Positions 45,344 to 54,445 of a DNA stretch of 64,000 bases are shown piece after piece. Each line of letters begins with the position of its first letter. Position 1 is the first letter of the stretch. The notes under the pieces are model-generated. The model saw nothing but the letters and a program-made list of their open reading frames with translations. It was not told where the DNA came from and made no database searches. Source of the stretch: Patescibacteria group bacterium (GTDB lineage: Bacteria > Patescibacteriota > Microgenomatia > UBA10105 > UBA927); the NCBI GenBank assembly GCA_035510735.1, contig DATKGN010000004.1, positions 7,436 through 71,435 of the forward strand, given 5' to 3'. The translations under genes were made by a program, and so were the position numbers.

Positions 45344-45446
45344 TTCCTCTAACAGTCGTCTCATTGGTCCCTCCACGGCGACCCGCCGATGAGGCGGGGC
45401 GCGGGTTTTAGTCTTCCCTTTCGACTAATACTATATATGGGCCTCT

Positions 45447-46079
45447 GTGGCCCTGTTTCTTATGGTAAATGATATCTTCGTGGCCGGATATAGCTTCGCC
45501 AAGCACGTTATCGGCGTTATTCTCCGGCCGTATGAGACATATCGGAAGATTGTGAGCGACGGAAAGCCATGGGAATTAGGATACATTGCCCTGTGTGCTA
45601 TCTGTTATTTTGCGACTGCGGCACTGGTGAAAACGTCATTGTTCCGTCCGTTTTTGTTGACCCGGCAATTTTTTGCACTATTCTCAGGCGCGGCAGCAAC
45701 CTACATCATTGCCGTCGGTTTATTTTGGACTGTCGGGAAATTATTCGGCGCACGCGGAACGCTTCGCGGGCTTGGTCTTTCCTGGGGGTACACACTGCTT
45801 CCAACAATCATCTGGTTTTGGGTTACCTCACTTTTATATGTTGCTGTGCCGCCACCCCGGACAACTGCGCCAATGGGTATTGCGTTCAGTGTTTTATATT
45901 TACTGTTTTCGGCGACATTGTTGTTTTGGAAAGTAACGCTTGCGTATTTGTCGCTCCGGTTTGCCTTACGTCTTGATCTTTTAAAAATACTCGCAACAAG
46001 CGCAATCGTACTTCCCATTCTTGCTTTATATAGTGTCGGAATGTATTGGTTGGGATTATTCCGCGTCCCGTTTGTGTAA
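45447..46079 (+). CDS. Polytopic membrane protein, possibly Yip1-domain family
   Basis: Five or six TM helices. The N-terminal VILRPYETYRKI resembles the Yip1 N-terminal pattern. Low confidence. Confidence 0.4.
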   Translation: MALFLMVNDIFVAGYSFAKHVIGVILRPYETYRKIVSDGKPWELGYIALCAICYFATAALVKTSLFRPFLLTRQFFALFSGAAATYIIAVGLFWTVGKLFGARGTLRGLGLSWGYTLLPTIIWFWVTSLLYVAVPPPRTTAPMGIAFSVLYLLFSATLLFWKVTLAYLSLRFALRLDLLKILATSAIVLPILALYSVGMYWLGLFRVPFV

Positions 46080-46090
46080 GTCATTACTGT

Positions 46091-47275
46091 ATGAATATAC
46101 GCATGCTAAAATCAGCAAAAGAGAGAAGAACAGCGTTGGAGAAATTATTGCATGTCGAGTTATCATCGATCGGATCATTTTCTCTGGATGAACAAACGGC
46201 GTCAACGAGAAACTGTGAAAATATGATCGGGGCGGCTCAGATTCCCATGGGAGTTGCGGGACCACTCCTCATTAAAGCTCAAATTTCAAACCCAAATGTT
46301 CAGAAGGAAAAAGAATATTACATACCTTTGGCAACAACTGAAGGAGCGCTCGTTGCGTCTATTAACCGTGGGTGTAAGGCGATCACCCAGAGTGGCGGGG
46401 CCGTTGTGGATAGTCATCGGATCGGAGCGACGCGCGGGCCGGTTTTCCGTGTAAAAAATCTTGCTGAAAACCGGACGCTTCGGACGTTTTTGGATACGCG
46501 GTTTGATGAGCTTAAAGAAGTCGCAGCGCAAACCTCCCATCACTTAGCTCTTACGTCGTTTACGTCAACCGGCATCGGCAGATATCGCTATATACGGTTT
46601 GTTTTTGATACGCAGGATGCCATGGGACTTAACATGGTGACGATCGCAACGGAAGCGGTCGCTTCTTATATACGGGAACAAACGGGAATTGAATGTCTGG
46701 CGCTTTCCGGCAATTACTGCGTTGATAAAAAACCTTCCTGGCTTAATATTTTGGGAAAACGGGGGATAAAAGTCTGGGCAGAAGTTGTGCTGACAAAAAC
46801 AGTGCTTCGGGAGACGCTTAAAACCACAGCACGACAAGTGTACGATGTGTGGCTGGCGAAGTGTATGTTGGGGAGCGTCATGAGCGGGTCTATGGCCTTT
46901 AATGCGCAGTTTGCAAATGTTGTTGCCGCCCTATTTGCGGCAACCGGTCAGGATATTGCACACGTTGTTGAGGGGAGCTTGGGCGTGACCACTGCCGAGG
47001 TTTTGCCTGGCGGAGCGTTATATATGTGTGTCTATGTTCCTGATCTCATGATTGGCACCGTTGGCGGCGGGACGGGCTTGGGAACCCAACGGGAAGCATT
47101 ATCCATGCTGGGAGTTGCTGGGAGTTCGCCTCAGGGAGACGGTGGCACGAATGCGCGTCACTTTGCAGAAATCGTCGGTGCTGCAGTGTTAGCTGGAGAA
47201 ATATCGCTTTTGGCATCGTTAGAAGAAGGGACACTTGCAAAAGCGCATCAGTCACTTGCGCGGGGGAATCAATGA
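46091..47275 (+). CDS. Hydroxymethylglutaryl-CoA reductase (NAD(P)H)
   Basis: ENMIGAAQIPMGVAGPLLI, IPLATTEGALVASINRGCKAI, DAMGLNMVT and GTVGGGT motifs. The start was placed at ATG 46091 (MNIRMLKS). Confidence 0.9.
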   Translation: MNIRMLKSAKERRTALEKLLHVELSSIGSFSLDEQTASTRNCENMIGAAQIPMGVAGPLLIKAQISNPNVQKEKEYYIPLATTEGALVASINRGCKAITQSGGAVVDSHRIGATRGPVFRVKNLAENRTLRTFLDTRFDELKEVAAQTSHHLALTSFTSTGIGRYRYIRFVFDTQDAMGLNMVTIATEAVASYIREQTGIECLALSGNYCVDKKPSWLNILGKRGIKVWAEVVLTKTVLRETLKTTARQVYDVWLAKCMLGSVMSGSMAFNAQFANVVAALFAATGQDIAHVVEGSLGVTTAEVLPGGALYMCVYVPDLMIGTVGGGTGLGTQREALSMLGVAGSSPQGDGGTNARHFAEIVGAAVLAGEISLLASLEEGTLAKAHQSLARGNQ

Positions 47276-48327
47276 AAAACAAGACGGTCGGCATCATCTC
47301 ATATGGTACATATATCCCGCTTTACCGCGTCAAGCTTTCCGATATCGCCCACGCGTGGCGAAAAAATCCGGGCGAAGTTGTCGGATCACTTGGAATTATA
47401 GAAAAATCAGTTCCGGGTGTTGATGAAGATGCCGTTACGATTGCACTTGAGGCTGCAGTAAGCGCCTTACACTCTGGCAACGAAAAACCAACTGACATTG
47501 AAGCACTTTTTGTCGGGAGCGAGAGTCATCCGTATGCGGTCAATCCGACATCGACGATCGTCGGCGAATTGTTGGGGGTCGGAAACCATTATCTGGCTGC
47601 TGATTTGGAGTTTGCCTGTAAGGCGGCAACCGCCGGCATGCAGGCGATCGCTGGGCTTGCGACATCCGGCCACATCAGGGCGGGATTAGCAATAGGCGCC
47701 GACACTGCTCAAAGTAAGCCGCATGATGCGCTTGAATATACGTCGGCATCGGCAGGCGTTGCGTATCTCATTGGTACTGATGAGCCGGTGGCAGAGCTTC
47801 TGTCATATACGTCATATTCGTCTGATACGCCGGATTTTTGGCGAAGGGACGGCATCCGCTATCCGACGCACGCGGGCCGTTTCACCGGAGAACCCGCATA
47901 CTTTGCTCACGTAATCGGTTCTTCAAATCGGCTCTTTGAACAGGCACATATAAAACCCGGCGATATAACGCACTGCGTTTTTCATATGCCCAATGCGAAG
48001 TTTCCCCGCGATGTTGCGCGGCGTTTGGGATTTAGCCATGAGCAGCTTGCCTCGTCATTGACCGTTGATCTCATCGGCAATCCGTATTCCGCCTCGGCGC
48101 TTTTGGGACTAGCGGCGACGTTAGATGTAGCAAAACCGGGGGACATGATATTTATGGCATCATACGGATCAGGAGCCGGAAGTGATGCATTTTTATGGCA
48201 AGTGGGGAAAGGGATTGTCGATATTCAGAAGCAGCGGAAAAAAAGGGGTGAATTGGTAGATCAACAGGTTGCACATAAAATGAATATTGATTACGTCGGA
48301 TACCTTAAAAATACACATAAAATATAA
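47272..48327 (+). CDS. Archaeal-type hydroxymethylglutaryl-CoA synthase
   Basis: MKNKTVGIISYGTYIPLYRVKLSDIAHAWRKNPGEVVGSLGIIEKSVPGVDEDAVTIALEAA. There is an active-site Cys context (EFACKAATAG). It is about 350 aa, with no eukaryote/bacterial-type insertions. Confidence 0.9.
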   Translation: MKNKTVGIISYGTYIPLYRVKLSDIAHAWRKNPGEVVGSLGIIEKSVPGVDEDAVTIALEAAVSALHSGNEKPTDIEALFVGSESHPYAVNPTSTIVGELLGVGNHYLAADLEFACKAATAGMQAIAGLATSGHIRAGLAIGADTAQSKPHDALEYTSASAGVAYLIGTDEPVAELLSYTSYSSDTPDFWRRDGIRYPTHAGRFTGEPAYFAHVIGSSNRLFEQAHIKPGDITHCVFHMPNAKFPRDVARRLGFSHEQLASSLTVDLIGNPYSASALLGLAATLDVAKPGDMIFMASYGSGAGSDAFLWQVGKGIVDIQKQRKKRGELVDQQVAHKMNIDYVGYLKNTHKI

Positions 48328-48428
48328 ACTCAAAGCACAAAACTCAAAATTCAAAATAAGATTAAATTTTAAAATTCAAATTTTGAATTTATTTTGGATT
48401 TTGGACTTAGGATTTTAGATTTAAATTT
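48328..48428 (+). repeat. Palindromic intergenic element, an 'empty' copy of the inverted-repeat pair that flanks the four-helix-bundle gene at 34.6-35.05 kb
   Basis: The left arm is AAACTCAAAGCACAAAACTCAAAATTCAAAATAAG. The right arm is TTTTGAATTTATTTTGGATTTTGGACTTAGGATTTTAG. The right arm is about 85% identical to 35008-35050 upstream of nadD. Its reverse complement matches 34575-34610 upstream of the four-helix-bundle gene. Confidence 0.6.
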
Positions 48429-49583
48429 ATGAAGATTTATATTATAGGTGCCGCTACGACAAAATTTGGTGAATTATGGGGAGTCAGCCCTCGTGCATTG
48501 GCGCGGGAAGCTGTTGACAGTGCCCTTGCCGATGCAAAACTTCAGACCTCTGATGTCGACGCTCTTTTTGTCGGTAATATGCTCTCCGGCATGTTGGGTG
48601 GACAGGAACATATCGGCGCATTTTTTGCCGAGGAACTTGGGCTCTCAGTTCCTGCATTTAAGATTGAGGGCGCTTGTGCATCGGGCGGATTGGCCCTTCA
48701 CAATGCGGTAAATAGCGTATTGTCCGGTCAATATACAACTGTTGTTGTTTTGGGGGTCGAAAAAATGACCGATCATAAACCCGAGGACGTCGCAACAGCG
48801 CTTATGGGGGCGGGTCGGGAAGGCGAGCGACTGGCGGGTGCAACATTTCCCGGGCTTTACGCGCTTCTTGCGCGGGTGCATATGGCGACATTCGGCACAA
48901 CCGAAGAACAACTTGCGGCAGTTGCAGTGAAAAATCATTATCATGCAAGTCTTAATCCTAATGCACAATTTCAAACGCCTATCACCATCGCTCAGGTGAT
49001 GAAAAGCTCGTGTGTTGCGGACCCGTTGAAATTACTCGATTGTTCACCGATTTCCGACGGCGCTGCGGCACTCATCATTACAAGTGATAAGCGGCAAATT
49101 ATTGACAAAAAACCCGTTGAGATTATTGCGTCCGTCACGGCCACTGATTCATTGGGACTTGCGCAGCGGGAGAGCCTACTGGAACTGAAATCGACGAAGA
49201 AAGCAGGGCAAAAAGCATATGCATTAGCCCATATGGCGCCAGAGGACATTGGTGTTGCTGAGGTCCATGATTGCTTTACGATTGCTGAGGTACTCGCAAT
49301 GGAAGATTTAGGATTTTACAAGAAAGGAAAAGCGGCGATTGCCATCGCAAATGGGGAAACAACGCTCGGAAAATCGAAACACCTCGTAGTAAACCCGTCG
49401 GGAGGCCTGAAAGGGTGCGGTCATCCGGTCGGTGCGACGGGAGTGAAGCAGGTGGTCGAGTTGGTTGATCAATTAAAGGGCCGTGCAGGGAGGCGTCAGT
49501 GCGGAAACGCGCGTATCGGGCTTGCACATAACGTCGGCGGTAGCGGAGCAACAGCGACCGTTCATATATTAATGAGAGATTAG
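48429..49583 (+). CDS. Acetyl-CoA C-acetyltransferase (archaeal-type thiolase that pairs with HMGCS/DUF35)
   Basis: MKIYIIGAATTKFGELWGVSPRALAREAVDSALADAKLQTSDVDALFVGN. There is a catalytic Cys (EGACASGGLALHNA) and C-terminal His/Cys blocks (GHPVGATGVKQVVEL). Confidence 0.9.
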   Translation: MKIYIIGAATTKFGELWGVSPRALAREAVDSALADAKLQTSDVDALFVGNMLSGMLGGQEHIGAFFAEELGLSVPAFKIEGACASGGLALHNAVNSVLSGQYTTVVVLGVEKMTDHKPEDVATALMGAGREGERLAGATFPGLYALLARVHMATFGTTEEQLAAVAVKNHYHASLNPNAQFQTPITIAQVMKSSCVADPLKLLDCSPISDGAAALIITSDKRQIIDKKPVEIIASVTATDSLGLAQRESLLELKSTKKAGQKAYALAHMAPEDIGVAEVHDCFTIAEVLAMEDLGFYKKGKAAIAIANGETTLGKSKHLVVNPSGGLKGCGHPVGATGVKQVVELVDQLKGRAGRRQCGNARIGLAHNVGGSGATATVHILMRD

Positions 49584-49652
49584 AGCGTAGAGTTTAGAGA
49601 TTAGAGTTTAGTTTAGCTAAACTCTAATGCTCTAAGTTCTAAGTACTAAATT
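49584..49652 (+). repeat. Palindromic intergenic element between the thiolase and the DUF35 gene
   Basis: GAGCGTAGAGTTTAGAGATTAGAGTTTAGTTTAGC|GCTAAACTCTAATGCTCTAAGTTCTAAGTACTAA is an imperfect dyad centred near 49618. Confidence 0.5.
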
Positions 49653-49952
49653 ATGATTAGTCCTGTTAAAGTTTGGCGGAATCAAAAATTTGTCGCGCGC
49701 ATGGTTGCAAGACGCGGCGTCGTTGTTTCTTGGACCGTGATCCGCGTGCCCCCTGCTGACTTTGGGTATCAGGCCCCGTATCCCGTCGTCATTGTGCGGC
49801 TTGATGGTGGCGAGTCAATCGCCGCCCAGATGGTGGATTATGAGGAAAAGCACCTGGCTATCGGTCAAAAGGTCATTTCTGTCGTTCGCCGGACGATCCA
49901 AACGGAGACGGATGACGTTATCCCGTATGGGATAAAAGTCAAGCCAATATAG
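49653..49952 (+). CDS. DUF35 OB-fold/Zn-ribbon-family protein, the scaffold subunit of the thiolase-HMGCS complex
   Basis: 99 aa. RGVVVSWTVIRVPPADFGYQAPYPVVIVRLDGGESIAAQMVD is a DUF35 OB-fold pattern. It sits directly after the thiolase, as in archaea. Confidence 0.75.
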   Translation: MISPVKVWRNQKFVARMVARRGVVVSWTVIRVPPADFGYQAPYPVVIVRLDGGESIAAQMVDYEEKHLAIGQKVISVVRRTIQTETDDVIPYGIKVKPI

Positions 49953-49961
49953 ACGGGGTAT

Positions 49962-50924
49962 ATGAAAAAAATACGCGTATCAGCACCGGGGAAAGTTCAT
50001 CTTATGGGCGAGCACGCCGTTGTGTACGGCAAGCCGGCACTACTCGCGGCAATTGATCTCCGGCTTTTCGTGACGATAGAGGAACTGGAAAAAAATAATT
50101 CTATCAAGGAACAAATTACTATTGTTTCTAGGGAGCCGACCGATCATGCACGATACGCTATAGATTTTCTTCTTAAGGAGTTAAAAATAACGGATTACCC
50201 TCCAATTAAAATTACCATAGATTCTCAAATTCCGGCTGGATTTCATTTGGGTTCATCGGCCGCGGTCGCTGTGGGACTAACGGGTGCAATTATCTATTTT
50301 TTCAAAAAACTCTGGAACCCGATCCGGATTAATGAATTGGCATATGAGATTGAGAAAAAACAACATGGAAATCCATCGGGAGGAGATAATACAGCGGTGA
50401 CGATGGGAGGATTTATATGGTTTCGAAAAGAGCTTGAGTTTTTAAAAAGTATTTGGCAGCTTCCGTTTAAGCCGCACGTGACAACTAATCATTTTTTTCT
50501 GATTAATACGGGAAAGCCGAAAGAAACAACGGGAGAGATGGTTGCGTTTGTAAAAGAAAAGGTATCAAAGAATCCTGCGGAGATGCAAAAACTCCTTGAT
50601 CTCAATGAACAACAGGTGAAACGTGTGACGGTAGCACTCAAAGAAGGCAATGAGTCCGAATTAATTGATGCAATACGAATCGGCGAGAGAACGTTGGAGG
50701 GAATGGGAGTCGTAAGCCGAAAGGTTCAGCCGCTTATGCGGCAAATTGAAGAAGCGGACGGCGCGGTTAAAATTTTAGGTGGCGGGGGAGTAAGTGAGGG
50801 GGTCGGTTTTCTGCTTTGTTATCATCAAAATCTTGCGAAAGTTGAGTCAATCTGCAGGAATTATAGTTTTTCGTTACGTAACATAAAACTTGGTGAAGAA
50901 GGAGTCCGATTGGATGAAAAATAA
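49962..50924 (+). CDS. Mevalonate kinase (GHMP kinase family)
   Basis: SAPGKVHLMGEHAVVYGKPALLAAIDLRLFV, with a GHMP motif PAGFHLGSSAAVAVGLTGAI. Confidence 0.8.
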   Translation: MKKIRVSAPGKVHLMGEHAVVYGKPALLAAIDLRLFVTIEELEKNNSIKEQITIVSREPTDHARYAIDFLLKELKITDYPPIKITIDSQIPAGFHLGSSAAVAVGLTGAIIYFFKKLWNPIRINELAYEIEKKQHGNPSGGDNTAVTMGGFIWFRKELEFLKSIWQLPFKPHVTTNHFFLINTGKPKETTGEMVAFVKEKVSKNPAEMQKLLDLNEQQVKRVTVALKEGNESELIDAIRIGERTLEGMGVVSRKVQPLMRQIEEADGAVKILGGGGVSEGVGFLLCYHQNLAKVESICRNYSFSLRNIKLGEEGVRLDEK

Positions 50925-52401
50925 TCAGTCGATAACGGCAAGCGCCCCCGGGAAATTGCTTCTGATGGGAGATCACGCAGTAGTGTATGGGTATCCCAGT
51001 ATCGTGACTGCGATAAATGAGCGGATGTTTGCGACTGTATCATTAACCGAGGAAAAAACATTCGTATTGAATGCGCCGAACGTAAACGTTACCGGATATA
51101 AAAAATCGTTAAGCGATCTTGGAGCGGGAGACGTATCCGTCGGTGCTCGGTTTGTTGAGGTCGCCGTAAAAAATTTCCACGCGGCACACCCGATGAACTG
51201 CGGGGTAACTATTACTATACGATCCGAGTTTTCTTCACAATACGGATTCGGATCGTCCTCCGCTTCGACGGTGTCGATTCTAAAGGCGCTATCTGAGCTA
51301 TTTGATCGAAAACTAGATAATAGACAACTATTTGATCTCGCATATAAAACAGTGTTGGATATTCAGGGCGTCGGGAGCGGATTTGATGTTGCAGCTGCTA
51401 TCTGGGGAGGAACGCTGTATTTTACGGGCGGCGGGCGCGTGATTGAGCCCATGGAAATCGGCGAAATTCCCTTAATAGTCGGATATACCGGCATCAAAGC
51501 GGACACAAAAACGCTTATCGGTACGGTCGCTAAGTTAAAAGAACAATATCCGGAGAAAGTTGCGCGTATTTTTCAGGCTATTCAAAAGCTTGTCGATGAG
51601 GGGAAAGTGCGTATTGAAGATGGCGATTGGCAGCGCACGGGCACGCTTATGAATTTTAACCAGGATTATCTTCGCGATCTGGGAGTAAGCTCAGAAAAGC
51701 TAGAGTCACTCATCAGTGCAGCAAAAGGAGCGGGTGCGTATGGAGCGAAATTATCCGGTGCCGGAGGCGGGGATTGCATGATCGCCCTTCACCCTGATGG
51801 GGTAAAGGGTAAACTTGTCGTTGAGAAGGCGATCACTGCGGTTGGTGGCACTGTTCTCACAGTAAGTCCAAATGCAGAAGGGGTTCGCGTGGAAACAACG
51901 GATGATCAAAAAGAATTATTTATTGTCGTTGATAAAAACGATGAGATCGTCGGTTATAAAACACGATACGAATGCCATCATGATAAAACGCTCATTCATA
52001 GGACGGTGGGCGCGCTCATTTTTAACGACAAGGGTGAACTCCTGCTCCAAAAACGCAGCATGACCAAGGATATGGAAGCCGGGTTGTGGGGAATTTCCGC
52101 AGCAGGTCACGTGACAAAGGGTCAAACGGACGAAGCGGCCGTACACCGTGAGCTTCAGGAAGAGGTAGGCGTCGATATGCCTCTTACATTTGTTAAAAAA
52201 TTTATTACCTCAAACGAATTTGAAACTGAACGGGCCGCATTATTTCGGGGGTTATGCAATGGCCCGTTTACACCGGACGCCCAGGAGGTTGCCGATCTTA
52301 CGTTTTTCGCCCCGCGCGAAATTGCATTATTTGTGGCGAGTAAAAAATTGATTCTGACCTCTGCAGCCGCTCAAGCACTTAAGGAGGTAGGTGTGTTATG
52401 A
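50914..52401 (+). CDS. GHMP kinase (phosphomevalonate-kinase candidate) fused to a C-terminal IDI-1/Nudix-like domain
   Basis: The N-terminus is SAPGKLLLMGDHAVVYGYPSIVTAINERMF, with a GHMP motif EFSSQYGFGSSSASTVSIL. The C-terminal roughly 170 aa (TLIHRTVGALIFNDKGELLLQKRSMTKDMEAGLWGISAAGHVTKGQTDEAAVHRELQEEVGV) aligns with type-1 isopentenyl-diphosphate isomerase. The catalytic Cys (CGHP/CCSHP) is replaced by Ala (AAGHV). Confidence 0.7.
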   Translation: MKNNQSITASAPGKLLLMGDHAVVYGYPSIVTAINERMFATVSLTEEKTFVLNAPNVNVTGYKKSLSDLGAGDVSVGARFVEVAVKNFHAAHPMNCGVTITIRSEFSSQYGFGSSSASTVSILKALSELFDRKLDNRQLFDLAYKTVLDIQGVGSGFDVAAAIWGGTLYFTGGGRVIEPMEIGEIPLIVGYTGIKADTKTLIGTVAKLKEQYPEKVARIFQAIQKLVDEGKVRIEDGDWQRTGTLMNFNQDYLRDLGVSSEKLESLISAAKGAGAYGAKLSGAGGGDCMIALHPDGVKGKLVVEKAITAVGGTVLTVSPNAEGVRVETTDDQKELFIVVDKNDEIVGYKTRYECHHDKTLIHRTVGALIFNDKGELLLQKRSMTKDMEAGLWGISAAGHVTKGQTDEAAVHRELQEEVGVDMPLTFVKKFITSNEFETERAALFRGLCNGPFTPDAQEVADLTFFAPREIALFVASKKLILTSAAAQALKEVGVL

Positions 52402-53378
52402 AAGCGACCGCTCAAGCACCTTCCAATATCGCATTTATCAAATATTGGGGGAAAAGAGACGATGCGCTTCGTATTCCGTCAAATTCATCAATCTCGATGA
52501 ATTTATCGGGCGCAACAACGACAACGACAGTCGAATTTTCTTCTCATTTTTCCGAGGATTCGGTTGAATTGGTTGGTGACAAGTTTTCCGCCGCAGAAAA
52601 ACAGAAAGTGATTGATCATGTTGACAGAATTCGCAAGAGAGCAAAAAGTACTAACCGGGTGAAGGTGAAAACAAAAAATACGTTTCCCCGCGGCGCAGGG
52701 ATTGCGTCGTCTGCCTCCGGGTTTGCAGCGCTCACAGAAGCGGGTTGTAAAGCCGCAGATTTGAGGCTTTCCCAACAAGAGCTCACTGTCTTAGCGCGCA
52801 TTGGATCCGGTTCCGCGTGTCGGTCTATACCCGACGGATTTGTCAAATGGGAAGCGGGTACTACATCACAAAGCTCATTCGCGTATTCACTATATCCCAA
52901 TACGTACTGGGATCTCCGGGATATTCTTGTGATTGTTGATCAAAAACAAAAATCAGTTTCTACAACTGCCGGCATGGAAGCTGTTGCGACCAGTCCGTTT
53001 TGGCCCTTACGCATTCTGGGAATTGATGCACGATTAACGCGTGTTGAAAATGCGTTACAAATAAAAGATTTTAACATGTTGGGAGAAACTATTGAGGAAG
53101 ATTGTATATCGATGCACGCAGTTGCTATAACGCAAAAGCCGTCACTTTTCTATTGGAGTGAAGCAACAATCGAGTGTATACGCGCTGTGATCCGCTGGCG
53201 GAAAGCAGGATTACCGGTGTTTTTTACCATTGATGCCGGTCCAAACGTCCATTTGATTTGTGAAGGAAGAAATGAAAAGCACGTTACCGATGGATTGAAA
53301 GAGACTTCTCATATACAATCAGTGTTGGTCAATAAACCGAGCGCCGGGGCGCGGATAGTTGATGCACATTTATTTTAA
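52398..53378 (+). CDS. Diphosphomevalonate decarboxylase
   Basis: KATAQAPSNIAFIKYWGKRDDALRIPSNSSISMNLS, with a GHMP-like fold (GAGIASSASGFAALT). Confidence 0.85.
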   Translation: MKATAQAPSNIAFIKYWGKRDDALRIPSNSSISMNLSGATTTTTVEFSSHFSEDSVELVGDKFSAAEKQKVIDHVDRIRKRAKSTNRVKVKTKNTFPRGAGIASSASGFAALTEAGCKAADLRLSQQELTVLARIGSGSACRSIPDGFVKWEAGTTSQSSFAYSLYPNTYWDLRDILVIVDQKQKSVSTTAGMEAVATSPFWPLRILGIDARLTRVENALQIKDFNMLGETIEEDCISMHAVAITQKPSLFYWSEATIECIRAVIRWRKAGLPVFFTIDAGPNVHLICEGRNEKHVTDGLKETSHIQSVLVNKPSAGARIVDAHLF

Positions 53379-53383
53379 AATTT

Positions 53384-54082
53384 ATGAAATCACAACACAT
53401 TCCAAAACACATCGCGATCATCATGGATGGCAACAGACGGTGGGCAAGAGAGCACAATTTGCCGGTTCTTGAGGGGCACAGGCGTGTCGCAAACAGCATA
53501 CTGGAGCCTCTCATTAAACACGCATCGGAGATGGGCATCCAGTACCTTACGTTTTGGGCGTGGTCAACGGAAAATTGGAACCGCGATATTGGTGAAGTGA
53601 AAGGAATTATGAATTTACTTCAGTGGGGGTTCGGACATTTCGGCGAAAAATTGCACAAAAACGGAGTCCGTATTCGGATGATTGGAGATATATCAAAGTT
53701 TGATCATAACATTCAGCGGCAAATAACCGCGCTCATTGAAAAAACAAAAAACAACACCGCAATTACTGCAATATTCGCACTAAATTATGGCGGACGCGAT
53801 GAAATGCTTCGTGCAATTGCAAAATGGCATAAAGATCAAAAAAACGAAACCCGTGAGATTACCTCTAATGAGTTTTCTCAGTATTTAGATACTACGGGCA
53901 TTCCCGATCCAGAGCTTATCGTGCGCACAGGGGGCGAAAAGCGGTTAAGCGGATTTTTGTTGTGGCAGAGTGAATACAGTGAGTTATATTTTGCCGACTG
54001 GCACATGCCGGATTTCACCGTAACCAGATTTGATGAAATTGTCGGCGACTTTGAGCTGCGTCAGAGGAGATTCGGAAAATAG
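53384..54082 (+). CDS. uppS: Undecaprenyl-diphosphate synthase (cis-prenyltransferase)
   Basis: HIAIIMDGNRRWAREHNLP, GH..G, FWAWSTENWNR and LNYGGRDE blocks. Confidence 0.9.
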   Translation: MKSQHIPKHIAIIMDGNRRWAREHNLPVLEGHRRVANSILEPLIKHASEMGIQYLTFWAWSTENWNRDIGEVKGIMNLLQWGFGHFGEKLHKNGVRIRMIGDISKFDHNIQRQITALIEKTKNNTAITAIFALNYGGRDEMLRAIAKWHKDQKNETREITSNEFSQYLDTTGIPDPELIVRTGGEKRLSGFLLWQSEYSELYFADWHMPDFTVTRFDEIVGDFELRQRRFGK

Positions 54083-54084
54083 CA

Positions 54085-54435
54085 CTACCCGAAGATATTT
54101 TTAATCGCATCGACACCGAATATTATCCCCAATGCCTGAACAAGCCAGTATGCCACAAAGATAATTAAGAATCCGAGGAGCGCATTGGTTAGCTGCTGTT
54201 GCCCTTTTTCCAGTTGTTTTGGATCGCCTGCGCTTGTTAAAAAGGTGAATCCACCCGCAAGCAGCATGATGAATAATCCAAATCCGGCAAAGATAAAAAC
54301 GAATGTTATAGCACGGGAAAGTATTGCTCCAAGCGACGGATTTGTCCCCAGTGGTCCACCCTGTAGGGGCCCATTGATTTTCGCGGGGCCATTTGTCCAA
54401 GGAATTGTTAATGATTGGGCGAGTATATGGTTCAT
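54085..54435 (-). CDS. VirB2-like pilin-family protein (copy 7, displaced from the main array)
   Basis: FVFIFAGFGLFIMLLAGGFTFLTSAGDPKQLEKGQQQLTNALLGFLIIFVAYWLVQAL has the same motif as the 42.1-44.4 kb array. Confidence 0.6.
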   Translation of the reverse strand: MNHILAQSLTIPWTNGPAKINGPLQGGPLGTNPSLGAILSRAITFVFIFAGFGLFIMLLAGGFTFLTSAGDPKQLEKGQQQLTNALLGFLIIFVAYWLVQALGIIFGVDAIKNIFG

Positions 54436-54445
54436 AAAGAATATA

